Positions 47,801-58,200 of a stretch of 64,000 bases of DNA are shown here, in pieces; position 1 is the stretch's first letter; each line of letters begins with the position of its first letter. The notes under the pieces were generated by a model, which worked only from the letters and a program-made list of their open reading frames with translations, did not search any database and was not told where the DNA came from. Both the position numbers and the translations under genes were made by a program. The stretch is from the NCBI GenBank assembly GCA_002633005.1, contig NMRA01000054.1, positions 438,952 through 502,951 of the forward strand, in the 5' to 3' direction. This DNA comes from Phoronis australis (Eukaryota > Animalia > Phoronida).

Positions 47801-47891
47801 TCAAGCTAGCATGCACCCGGACATAGCAGCAGACATTCATGTCAATCTCACTGCTAAGTTAGTGGACGCTTCTGTAGATGCTACTTCATAG
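29783..47891 (+). CDS. CREB3L1: CREB3-like ER-anchored bZIP transcription factor (CREB3L1/CREB3L2 co-ortholog, CrebA/OASIS type), 9 exons, 536 aa
   Basis: join(29783-29878,38461-38638,39441-39710,43351-43535,44308-44451,44824-44882,45469-45631,46119-46290,47548-47891) = 1611 nt, phase-consistent. Motifs: [12 protein letters not shown]; [14 protein letters not shown]; ATB domain [26 protein letters not shown]; basic region [22 protein letters not shown]; zipper; [16 protein letters not shown]; S1P-type site RSRVLL. Confidence 0.93.
34121..34582. mobile_element. PIF/Harbinger-like MITE, family A copy 2
   Basis: TIRs GGGCCTTTTCATACT...AGTATGAAAGGGCC; shares blocks such as GAAGTTATTGCCAGGTGCCACTGT and TTAACTACCGAAG with 5417-5923. 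Confidence 0.75.
34782..35114. mobile_element. Kolobok-like MITE, family B (degenerate copy)
   Basis: GTAA|AGGTGCATTTC...AAATACAGTTT|TTAA; internal TGTGCCATTTTTGAAT and ATGAGACCCATTTT shared with 43907-44254. Confidence 0.55.
37912..38030 (+). mobile_element. tRNA-derived SINE head (degenerate)
   Basis: Pol III A box TGGACTAGTGG (37922) and B box GGTTCAAACTC (37966) at tRNA spacing; no intact cloverleaf. Confidence 0.5.
38461..38638 (+). CDS. CREB3L1: CREB3L exon 2 ([11 protein letters not shown]...TKAE)
   Basis: tgtag|GAA ... GAAG|gtattt; EDPVL, SEHSYS. Confidence 0.9.
39441..39710 (+). CDS. CREB3L1: CREB3L exon 3 (DLDMDML...SEMI)
   Basis: accag|AT ... ATAG|gtaagt; IKAEP and IKVEP SUMO-type motifs. 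Confidence 0.88.
39802..40000. mobile_element. Kolobok-like MITE, family B (left part; right end not found)
   Basis: TTAA|AGCTGCATTTCGCCCTATTTAGCTGGCTAAAAATGAAAGTGGGATTAGGC matches the reverse complement of the 44254 end. Confidence 0.6.
40618..41850 (+). pseudogene. THAP zinc-finger ORF split by insertion: join(40618-40803,41589-41850)
   Basis: Rejoined: [34 protein letters not shown]|[20 protein letters not shown] (C2CH finger, FP, W, AVPTIF-like box, DHxY). Confidence 0.85.
40804..41584. mobile_element. 781-bp insertion inside the THAP ORF, with GGGC duplication
   Basis: GGGC at 40800-40803 and 41585-41588; degenerate terminal IR CTAGTACTGA / TCAGTGCCTAG; removal restores the reading frame. 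Confidence 0.8.
43351..43535 (+). CDS. CREB3L1: CREB3L exon 4 ([20 protein letters not shown]...YSTP)
   Basis: ttcag|CT ... CCG|gtaagt. Confidence 0.92.
43907..44254. mobile_element. Kolobok-like MITE, family B (both ends present)
   Basis: TTCA|AGCTGCATTTC...GAAATTCAGCT|TTAA with imperfect TIRs and AG...CT termini. Confidence 0.7.
44308..44451 (+). CDS. CREB3L1: CREB3L exon 5 ([15 protein letters not shown]...KIKNK)
   Basis: tttag|ATT ... AAA|gtaaga. Confidence 0.95.
44824..44882 (+). CDS. CREB3L1: CREB3L exon 6 ([20 protein letters not shown])
   Basis: cctag|ATT ... AG|gtgggt; bZIP basic region. Confidence 0.95.
45469..45631 (+). CDS. CREB3L1: CREB3L exon 7 (VEQFSQEN...ASTCLM)
   Basis: tccag|A ... 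ATG|gtaagt; leucine zipper. Confidence 0.94.
46119..46290 (+). CDS. CREB3L1: CREB3L exon 8 ([11 protein letters not shown]...YTTPS)
   Basis: cacag|GTT ... AGCA|gtgagt; TM helix. Confidence 0.92.
46445..46616 (-). mobile_element. tRNA-derived SINE (degenerate)
   Basis: Minus-strand A box TATCTCAGTGG (46611-46601) and B box GGTTCGAATC (46568-46559), followed by a non-tRNA body. Confidence 0.55.
47548..47891 (+). CDS. CREB3L1: CREB3L exon 9, luminal tail (MRSRVLL...DATS*)
   Basis: tttag|TG; RxxL S1P-type site; NKT and NLT sequons; TAG stop. Confidence 0.9.
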
Positions 47892-48789
47892 ATCTTGAAA
47901 ATGCCTTTGGTATTATTTTACAAACTGGGTTGCTGGAATTTTTGTTGAAGAAGTCATGATTATCGTTTTGCAATCATTTTGATGTTATTACTATTATGTC
48001 ATGTGGTGTTGATGACATAACTTAGTGAGGTTGATAGACTTGCCAAATATTCTTTTTTTGTTTTCGTTGACTTTGAACAAATTGACTGTTTGAAGGAGCT
48101 TTTGCTCAGTCAAAGGACTAAAGAGGGTTTAATTAAAGTTTGATGGATTTCGTGAGTGAGACAGTTTGTGTTGTATAATTTATTGGGTGGTGGATTTACA
48201 ACAAAACTGATGCATTTATTGCTGAAGATTGAATGACCAATAAGGCTATCAAGTGCTAGTCTTAACATATATTTGAATGTGTAATATTTATTTTTTGTAG
48301 TTATCAAATTAGTAAACATGATATAAACAGAGAGTGAAAAGACTTGTTGGACTTGAACTGTTATGCACTGAATAAGAACTCGCAAGTGAATTTCATGCCA
48401 AAAATGTGCATTTAGTTAAAGTGTAATGAAACCAGAGGCACTGTTTGTTTTGTCATTTCATCTCACTTCTCTTTTTGGCATAGCAGTGGTCATCAAGAAT
48501 GTCACTGTTGGCATTGTCAACCATCTACGGAGTTCACCCAGACAAAATGTCATATTTTGGCCAATGGGACATATTGCATTATTTGTAAATACAAAATGCA
48601 TGGGGCCTAGTTAGGGTATTGCATGAGATTGGGATATGTTGCTGTTTACTGGTAACTATTTTATTGCGGGAGTAGCAGGTAAGGGGACTTGTAAATAGTA
48701 AATTATAGTTTTTAGTTTGTACATAAAATTATGCTTTTTGCAATCATATTAAATTGGTGTATATGATACGCTGTCATTATTTTGCTCCA

Positions 48790-48795
48790 AATAAA
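48790..48795 (+). terminator. Putative poly(A) signal of CREB3L
   Basis: AATAAA with downstream T/GT-rich tract, about 0.9 kb after the stop. Confidence 0.5.
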
Positions 48796-49945
48796 TATAT
48801 TTAAAAATTTCTTATATTTTACTGTTGTCTTTTACACCGTATTTCTATTTTTTACACTGTCTTGCATTAGGAACTACCTCGCAACCACCAACTATAAATG
48901 CATCGTACTGGTTGGGATTACAATAGACACCACAGCACCTGGTTTTTTATGACTGGTTCCTTCTGTTCGTGTACTGGGAAACAAAGCTGGGTGTCGATGA
49001 TAACTGTTGCCTGTTCAAGGCAACATTTTTTTCTGGCCTTTTTAGACACTGCAGGCTGTAAAAACTAAATTCATTTAAATTGAACTACAAAAATCAGTTA
49101 ACTACAATATAGAAGAAAAGAGAAATTAACGTGCATTGCAACCGATGTTCTTTTGTTAACATGTCCCAACATTTATTGACCAACACGATGGGTGTATGTG
49201 ACAGTAATCTTTACACCTGCAAAGAATGCTGTGAAATTTGAACGGGGAGTTCATTATGGGTTGGCAATCCTCTCGCTGCGTTTGTCAACTCTGGCTTAAG
49301 AGCATTCCACCCGATTCCTATTTTCAGTATTAGTTGTCTAACAAAGTTACGGTTTATTTGACTCTTTTGAAGAGTATTATTGAAGTATTGAACAACACAA
49401 CAGCTCTGGATCATTAGTTGGAATCTTATCACATTAACCATTGTGTTGATGCATGAAGGAAGTGGACACCGGATTGAAAACATTGTGATCAATGGGGTAT
49501 CCAAAATTCAGTGTAGAAACACGTGCATTCAGGGAATTTTGAGACTTATCCCACAAACAACCCATACTGGTAAATTGCTTTCTGCTCTCAATCCTTTCAT
49601 TAGTACCACTTGGTGTCGAACATAATTATCCATTCTTAACTTTTCCCTTCCATATTCTCACCTTCTATAAGAGTGACCTCAAAATTACTTTAATGCGAAG
49701 AGTGGAGGTTTTAAGGGTTTAACCACGTAATTTTGGATTTGAATCTGCATGCTTAACTGATCAGATGATCAGCAAGGTACACGTGCACCATCATGCAGTT
49801 ACTGTGGGCGGGTCAGTGACAAATTAAATTTCATGTCACGGCCAATTCCACTTCACAAAACCAAATCAACCAAAATTGAATAATCTATGATGATGCCTAA
49901 CTCTGATAGTTGCTAAAACAGAAAAGGTTTTCAATTTACGTATAA

Positions 49946-49951
49946 TTTATT
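49946..49951 (-). terminator. Putative poly(A) signal of E2F7/8
   Basis: TTTATT on plus about 0.85 kb past the stop; alternative at 49172-49177. Confidence 0.45.
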
Positions 49952-50803
49952 TCAATTTCTTTAATATACAATGCTAAATGAATATATAAACAGAAGTACC
50001 TCGTACTTCTTTAAGTTGTCAAATATTCGAGCGAATACATAGACAGAAGTACCTTGTACTTTCTTGTCTGTCCATTCCTCTTGATGGTAACCACAACTAT
50101 CATTACTTATCTAACATTACTACTCACTAAATGCCCGACCAATGCTACAGACCAAAACACTCTCTAACAACTACGTATTGTTGCCAAGACAAAACAGGCC
50201 AAATAAAACCGAGATAAAAACAATAAATCCAATACCTTAAAAACTTAAACTTTAAAAGCCAAAGGTTAAACACTGAGAAATGGAAATTCTAAATTAGAAC
50301 CTACTAGCTGAAAACTAGTCATGTTAAACAAACGGATCGGGGAGCAGTGTAAAAATTGAGCAGTGTTCATCACAGAATCACAAATTAAAAACTGAACTTA
50401 ATTATTTACAACAAAACAAAATCATGACAGTTTATAGTCAGCATTGTCTATAGATATTATTGGTTACAACGCCTTTCTGTCAGTTAATACTGAAGGCTTT
50501 ACCTGCCATGACTTTCAGAGATCTAACACATCACAGTTGTGCAACATCAACCCTAATCTTAAGAGTATATAACAGTACTTGCAACTTAGGAATGTCCTGC
50601 AAATGTCTATTATGCGTACAAACGGTTGAAATCATACTAAGAACACTGTTACCCCTATGACACTCTGTGATTGAACAAACATTAAAGTTCAACTAAACTT
50701 ACAACAATCAAATGACAAAATGACCAGTATTAATACAGTATCTTTGAAGCACCAATGAAATTAAACTCATACTTGTTACATTTTCTGTCAACAGATTTTT
50801 AAA

Positions 50804-52245
50804 TTAATAGTTCTGTATCGGAAAACTGCCAGTTAGAGTCAAGCGACGAGCTGTATTATCAACAATTTGTTGATGCGTTTGTGCCTCTGTCATGTGACTT
50901 GACATGGAAGTCATGGGGATGAAACCAGGCGTGTTACGAAAGAAAGTATTGGGTGTGATTGCAATAGAGTTGTGCGGTGTGCCTGCAGGGTGCTCCAGTG
51001 CTGTTGACTGAAGAGGGGTGCTGAAAGACTGGGACAGATTTGTACGGACCATCGAGGGCTGCGGCGTCTGTGTGCTGCTCTGACTGATGACCAGGTTTGT
51101 TGGTGAAATGACTGTAAGGGGGATTTGACTGATGCTTGGGGGGAACACCTGCTGTAGCTCCGGAGAGGAATTGATGTGAGCCAGGTGTTGCTGTGGAAAC
51201 GAATACTCCATAGAGAGGCCGCTAGATCCAGAGTTTTCCAGATCGGTGGCGGAGGAGTTGGGTGTCATCAAGTTAGGGGACGTTTGGGGAGATAGGTAGG
51301 CGGTGTTGATCAAGAGTGGACGGAGACCAGACGGAGTAAGGCCAAGATGACCGACATTGACTGGTTGCAGAATAAGCGGTGGGGAGCCTTGCTTGAACTG
51401 TATGGGTGACAACTCATGCACAGCAGTGCTTGGCATCTGGATTGTGGGTCGGATCAGCTGGCTACCAATGGCAGATCGAATAGTGGGACAGGGCTGACTG
51501 CTGGCAGACGATGCACTTTTGTTGTTGATGTCAACCCCACACTCGAGGTCACCACTTTGTGGATCAGCTGGCAATGGAGAAGCAAGGTCATAATAACCCT
51601 CACTAAACCCAGGGGGTGAAGGGGTCTTCTGGACAGGCAGCTGAGTTGAAGGTCGAGACGAGTTGAACTCAGGGTCGAGATGAAGAGCTCGTAATGGTGA
51701 TGGCCTTGCCCTGTCATTGGCCTTCACCACCCGTCGCTGATACTGATTAATGCAGGCCACCTCAGCATCTTGCTGACTAGGCGAACTTTCCTCCGAACCG
51801 TCCTTGCATGCTGACTCCGTCTTGATCCTCTTAGTTGGAAGTTCATACTCGAAATCCTCCCCCAGATGTGATTTTTGTACCATGCGCTTGCTACGACGTA
51901 CTTCAAGTCCACTGCAGCCGTTATTGTTGGTGTCACCATCACTGCTTTTTGTGGCGACAGATGGTTGAGTGGAGACTTTAAGCAGAGATATGTTCTGTGA
52001 CTTTGACCTATCTAGCTGTAGCAGGGCAGCTATCTTAGTAGGTGCGGTGCTGTTGTTGCTGGGAGAGCTGGTCTGTGCAGATGACCGGTGATTGACTGGG
52101 GTCAGCTTGATTTTGTTGAGTGGGATGAACACCTGCTTGGCACCCTGAGTAGTCTGCTGACCGCTGCTAACAAAGATTAGCTGACCTACTTTGTTATTGG
52201 TGACATTGTTCAGGATTTGCACACCATCAGTGTCGCCGACAGAGC
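50804..52245 (-). CDS. E2F8: E2F7/8 terminal exon (S/P/T-rich tail ...[16 protein letters not shown])
   Basis: ttgcag|GC TCT; 484-codon open frame; phase matches the previous exon. Confidence 0.9.
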
Positions 52246-55200
52246 CTGCAATGAACAAGACTATCTTTAATATTCATGGCTTTTCACAGCCAAAATAACA
52301 GTGACATCATTACCAGCATTAGTTATGTTATCTTCAGTAGTACACATTTAAATTCAACTTTTCATTTTAAGACTCACGCGTTTAGTTTGTAAACGTCAAT
52401 TCCTTACTGCAATCATGGAACTCCAAACTTTCCAATCTCAGAAAGCTTGTTATGACAAAGAAACAAACAACTGAGATCGGGTTTTTAGAAGATGATATAT
52501 GTCAAAAATTACTGACATTGTTTTACAACAGGTATGTCGTTCAGCTGCAATTGACAATCTGTTTGAATTCCTTTTATGTATTGTCAAGAACACTCACAAT
52601 TGTCCATTTCCAACCCAATGAAGTGTACATTTTTAATCCTCTATGACTGAAAATCTTAACCCATGGCTTAGAATGTATCACAATTGTTGATAATCACATG
52701 ACCACTATTTTTGCACATATAAATATGTGGGCGCATAATAATACCTTGGCTGGACTGTGGGCTGCCTGGTTGAGACAAGAAAAGCTTCTCACGCTCCTCT
52801 TCTGCCACCTGACAGATTTGTTCGAACGATGCATGACGGGTCAAAGAACTTTTGCCTTTTACCGGCGCATCTTCTCGTTTAAGAAGAGCCACTCTCGTCT
52901 TGACAACTTCTGGAAAAGCACAACAAATGATGATGAAGGATTAGATAACAACTTCATGTAAAGACCAACCACTTATAAAACACAATCTTTCATTTCATAA
53001 TTAAACTTTAACTTAGAAAGTAGGATATTAAATTTTGAGGGCAATAAATTACGCATTGACTTCAGGCTTTCAAGCAGTTTGGGGCAAAAAAGTAAGAAAA
53101 AAGTAGGACACGTTTTCAAAAAAAAAGGAAAAAGTAGGAATTGTGGAGTGAAAAGTAGGAAAAAGAGCAAGCCTTCAGGAGTAGTTTTCAACGATTTTTA
53201 CCAAATGAATGACGTTCACCTCATGTCACAGGCAGAACTCACCATTAGTTGAAGAGTTAGCAGGACTTCATTCACACTTTTGAGTGCAAAAGGTTTGACT
53301 GCGTAATTTTATTGTACAACACCTACCATTGAAGGAAAGGGGCATCTCAAGTGGCACAGTCCTTGGATTTTGATCCCTGGGGGGTCCAAAAGAGGATCCA
53401 AATGTCCATTTAATTAAAAATTCGAGTGCAACATCTCTCACAAGTTCATTTGATGCAAATCACCACTCAAATAAAAATGATGCAACTTAAAACGTGAAAA
53501 TGCCTGGGGTTATTAATTAAGACGCCTACTAGTTAACAACCAGTTAATGATTTATTTAAACTTTTAAGTGCGACAAAAAATCTTTTTCCAAAATTCAGCT
53601 AAGTAACTCTGGACACCTTATCCACAAATTAAGACACGATTTACCCTCAGTTTTGCAGATAAGTAAAAGCTCTCCAATGAACGCGTGTAAGCCGAGGTAT
53701 AAGTTGCGTTTAAATAACGTAGATCGCCTTGTCCTCTTGTCCCAACCCTCTTGTCCACACCGTGGATCTAACTCAATGGACATGGTGTAGGAACAACACC
53801 AGAATGTTGGTGTCAGAACCTCTTTTGACAATGTCGCCAGGTGTGGGCTTGTGCACCTCAGTTATATGAAGGATGACTCTGATGTCGGCTTCAGAGTAAT
53901 TACAATTTAGAGACGGAACTGATTCTGTGCATACTACTCCATCTTCAACAAAGTACCGAGTGCACACTCCAATCACTTCCCAATACAATACCCTTCCATC
54001 TAGACGTGGACTGTGGAAGTTGCTCAACCAATCCTTAGCGAGAAACGATAGCTCTCGTTTGAATGACTCCCACTCTAGTTATTTCGTGAACCAAGTCTCT
54101 TTTCTATTCAGATCCTTTTCTAACAAGTTCGCCTCCTACAACAAGGTCTTACTGTCCCTCAGGATCCAAACAACCCTGTCTTATCTATAAACCCCACCAA
54201 AAACTGCGTGTTAAGTTGTGCATATGGTGTCCAAGTTTGCCAAACTAAAAAAATTTTTGTTGCACTTAAAAATTTAACTAAATCGTTAACCGGTCGTTAA
54301 TTAGAAAGTGTCTAAATTAATATACAAGGATTTTTGTCTTAAGCTGTATTTTTGTTCATTTCAAATAATGTTTTATCTATAGCAGAAATCAGAATTGTTG
54401 TATTTCATCTTTTGTACATGTCAAGTTCATTTTTGGGGGTCTTGTTATACCCCAGGAAAAAATGAAGTCTTAAGTTGTGATTATGGTGTCTACAGTTACT
54501 AAGGGCTGTTCCAGTAAAATCTGTATGGGAGGGGGGGGGAAGGCACCTTTTTTTCGCACCCACCACCCATATGTTTCATTTATTTCTTCAGCCTACCACC
54601 CATAATTTTTTATAAGTTTGAAATGCAACCACCCGTAATTTTTTTTGTTCTTGTGGTTGACTGCACAGGCGCTTGAGTTTATCTGTTCCTCCATCACCAC
54701 TAACGTCATTCATTACTAAGAAAACATATGTTTCTTATATAGGGTTATTAGCCATCGATAAATTCGAGCACCTGTGGTTAAATGGTGGTATTGGCATGCC
54801 GATGAGAAGATCGGAGGGAGTGAAAAAGTCGGAGCTTTTTGCAAGTTGCATTTTTGTTTCAGTTTTTGATTCTGTGCGGATTGTTTATAAAATTTACTAA
54901 AATTACCCACCATCAAACATTTATGGTCCAACGAAACAACAACGACCTGTAAATTTTTATTTTTTTGAAGTACGACCACCAGCCATTTTGAATTTAAATC
55001 AAACGTAACCACCCATAAATTTTTATTTCAGTTGCCTTCCCCCCCCCTCCCACACAGATTTTGCTGGAACAGCCCTAAGCTATCTTTTGAAAAAAGAACT
55101 TTTGTACCCACTTAAAAGTTGAAATAAATTGTTAATTGGCTGTTAATTAGTAGGCATCTTAATTAATAAACTCCAAGAATTTTCACATCTTAACAAAACT

Positions 55201-58200
55201 GGCATCACTTTTGAGGGGTGATTTGAATGAAATAAAATGGATTTTTGGGTCCTCTTTTGGACCACCCTCGGGACCAAAGCCCAGAATTGTGCAAATAAGA
55301 CGCTCCTTTCCTTTAATGGAAGGTGATTTACAATAGAATTATGCACTAAAACCTTTTGCACTCATAAGTGTGAATAAAGTCCTGTTGGCTGGTCGTTTGG
55401 TTAGCATCACTTGTGCTGGAGTACTTGGTGTGCTGCTCCTGATAACCTAAAACGACTACTCGCTAATCCAAAAACATAACTTAGACGGAAAATTTACAGC
55501 TATGAGAAAAAAGTAGGAAAAAATAGGAAATATTAGGAATTTCAGAAAAAAGTAGGAAAAGCAGGAACAAGCCAAAAAAAGTAGGAAAAAGTAGGAACGC
55601 TTGAAAGCCTGTGAGTTCCACTGGTGAAAGATGACAGTTTCTGTAACGGTATTTAGTTGTCTTGTAAAGCATTCAAAGCTCAAGCTTTTCAGACACTGCT
55701 TAAAATGTTCAAATAATGCTCAGAGTTTTTCAAACACACCACGTCTGTTAACATGTAGGATAAACACTGCTGCTTGAAATTGATCTACTCAACTACAAAG
55801 AAAGTGCTCTGGAACTTACCATCCACTGTGTTAGAGGCGGGCTTGCAGGTCTGTGCTTTTGTGGGATTCAGGATGGTGCACACTAACAAATAGACAAAAT
55901 TACTGAGCACAGTAAACACCACACCTGGGATGTGCTGCCAAACGCTAGTTTGTGAATTTAGCGACATCACACAAGATCATAACAATGAAAGGCCGGTGTT
56001 TCGCACATGGGAAAAATGTGTGTAAATTCAATATTTTAAATCCAAAAAGAATCCTCAACATTTCTACATACAAATGACTAGTATTATGGAACACAGTCCA
56101 GGGATACATCTTGTACATAAGCACTGTAAGTGTTATGGAACACAGTCCAGGGATACATCTTGTACATAAGCACTGTAACCATGATTTGTACACTAAAGCT
56201 TTCAAAACTATACTATGGTATATGCTGCTAGCATTCCAACTTTCTATTTTAGCAACAAAGAATATAAAAACCTGCTGGAGTTAGCTAAATTTGGTTTACT
56301 ATTACTTAAGAGAATCATAGAGTCAAAATTATGGAAGTAGGCTATTGTGGTCTGATACATACGTTTAGGGTTTTGAGCACAGTCCAGCATGGAGTGTTTA
56401 GAACTTGGTCGATGCACACCATCTGTGGAGCAAACTGAAATGAAGTATGAGTTGTCAATAAACTTGAGAGCAAGGCACTATTTTATTTACTGCTACTTTT
56501 GTAAACACCCACATTGGATATTTCTAACTTGCCAGACAGTCCTATTCACCTCACTCTGTGTTTAGTTAAGCATTCACACAGAATGATTCGAATCATAAGA
56601 CAGTAAATTGAGTGAGTCATGGGTAGGTACATACAATCTATTTAGGCACTGCCCTCTGTGTAAATGTACCAGTCATAACACCATGCTTACTTGGGCAACC
56701 TTGCTTTCTGTTCCAAGCCTAGACGAACCACCATGACTAATTACTAGCAGTCATTAACTCACCAACTAAGTCATCTCTATTCACATTGTCCACATCTGGC
56801 CCTACGTACTGGAAAGCAGGTTTGCGACCACGAACCTCAGTCACGTGCACTTTACGGATCAACTGCAGACTAGTCAAGATGTTGGCGATGTCATATAGAC
56901 GACGGATTTTGGCTGAAATTGACAAGTCATCTTACAGGCAGGTAAAACAGCAAGTTCAGTAGAAAGTGGGAAAGCTGTGAATTAAAAGTATTATTTAAAC
57001 ACGTATGGCAGTCCCATCAATACCTTTAGATTAGAACGTAAATGTCATGTCTCCCATTTAAACCTTTGCAGTGCATGTCTGGGTAAGACCTCCCTGTTGA
57101 GCAGAGAAGAGATCATTTGTATAATTGTTGGCAAGTAATGCCACATAAATCTTTAGAGAACTCCCACATGTAATACTGTATTCACACAAGCGGTCTCTCA
57201 AAAATTAAATCTCCCATATCCAGTACAACTAAGACACTGAAATAAAATGCCTATATCATTTGTATAATAACAGTTTAATATTCCCATTTATTATTGTGTG
57301 GTGATTGTCTAAAGCCTGCATAAAATGCTCACTGCGGTTTCCGGGCTGAATTTTATTGTATTGTATTATGTTTTATGTAAGTCTAAAAAGAAGCACGCTT
57401 CTCAATTTATATTAGAAAACAGAAATGAACAAACTTGTTTGATACTTAATTAAGTTCATTTAGCTACCACATGAGTCAATTACTGTATTGTGAAACATAA
57501 CCTAGGTATTAATTACCATTTCCTGCCAAAAATAACACAAAGACATAACATTAAAACGACTTCAGCTGAAACTTACTTTTGTATTTGGCACTTTCAGTTT
57601 TGTCAATCTCATTTTCTCCAATGAGAATTTTAGCAGCTAGATCCAGATTGATTGTCTTGGGCTAAAAAAACAATTTACCAAATCACAAATAATGAACACA
57701 CTTAAATTACTGTATAACTCGTGGAAAATTAGATACAGGAGTACTTATTACTTTCAATAATTGACAAATCATCACTACACCTGAGCTGGCTATCATAAAA
57801 TTGATATCTGACTACTGTATGATGTCAAGCATATTGTTCAACAATGCCACATGCAGCCTTATAAGGTCATGCAATAACTTTATGCAACCAAGTTGGTTTA
57901 CAAAAGATGAATATTTACCTTGGAGACCAAAAACAGCATGAGAAACTTCTGACTCATGATTCCTAGAGAACGCTCTTTTCGCACTGCAAATAAAAGGTGA
58001 GAATCATCTCATGAGGAGAATGTTATAGGTAAATATTAGTACTTGGAGTCATTTTGTGACTCATGAAATCACCCAGAGATGACAGTGTGTGAATTAAAGG
58101 CAAACTAATATGATTAACCTGGGGATTTATGCCATCTCGTTTTACAAAAACTGATAGTATTTTATGAACTGGGGTGTGTGTAATCGACAGCAAAGACAAA

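Larger units (their letters stand above)
53258..55387 (-). mobile_element. Academ (AcademX-type) transposon remnant with about 380-bp TIRs (middle layer)
   Basis: TAGCAGGACTTCATTCACACTT...AAGTGTGAATAAAGTCCTGTTG long imperfect TIRs; internal XPG/FEN1-like motifs. Confidence 0.72.
53063..55611. mobile_element. hAT-like non-autonomous element (outer layer of nest)
   Basis: 13-bp perfect TIR CAGGCTTTCAAGC / GCTTGAAAGCCTG; arrays of AAAAGTAGGA subterminal repeats at both ends; flanks TGACTT/TGAGTT. Confidence 0.8.

Noticed and set aside
49211-49504. Minus-strand ORF containing WNAL, possible LINE C-terminus
   Set aside because: Only a 3-4 residue resemblance; the flanking SF and FK motifs are absent.
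51416-51942. Alternative-frame and antisense ORFs within the E2F7/8 last exon (similar shadows over DNAH1 and CREB3L exons)
   Set aside because: Shadow ORFs of genuine GC-richer coding exons.
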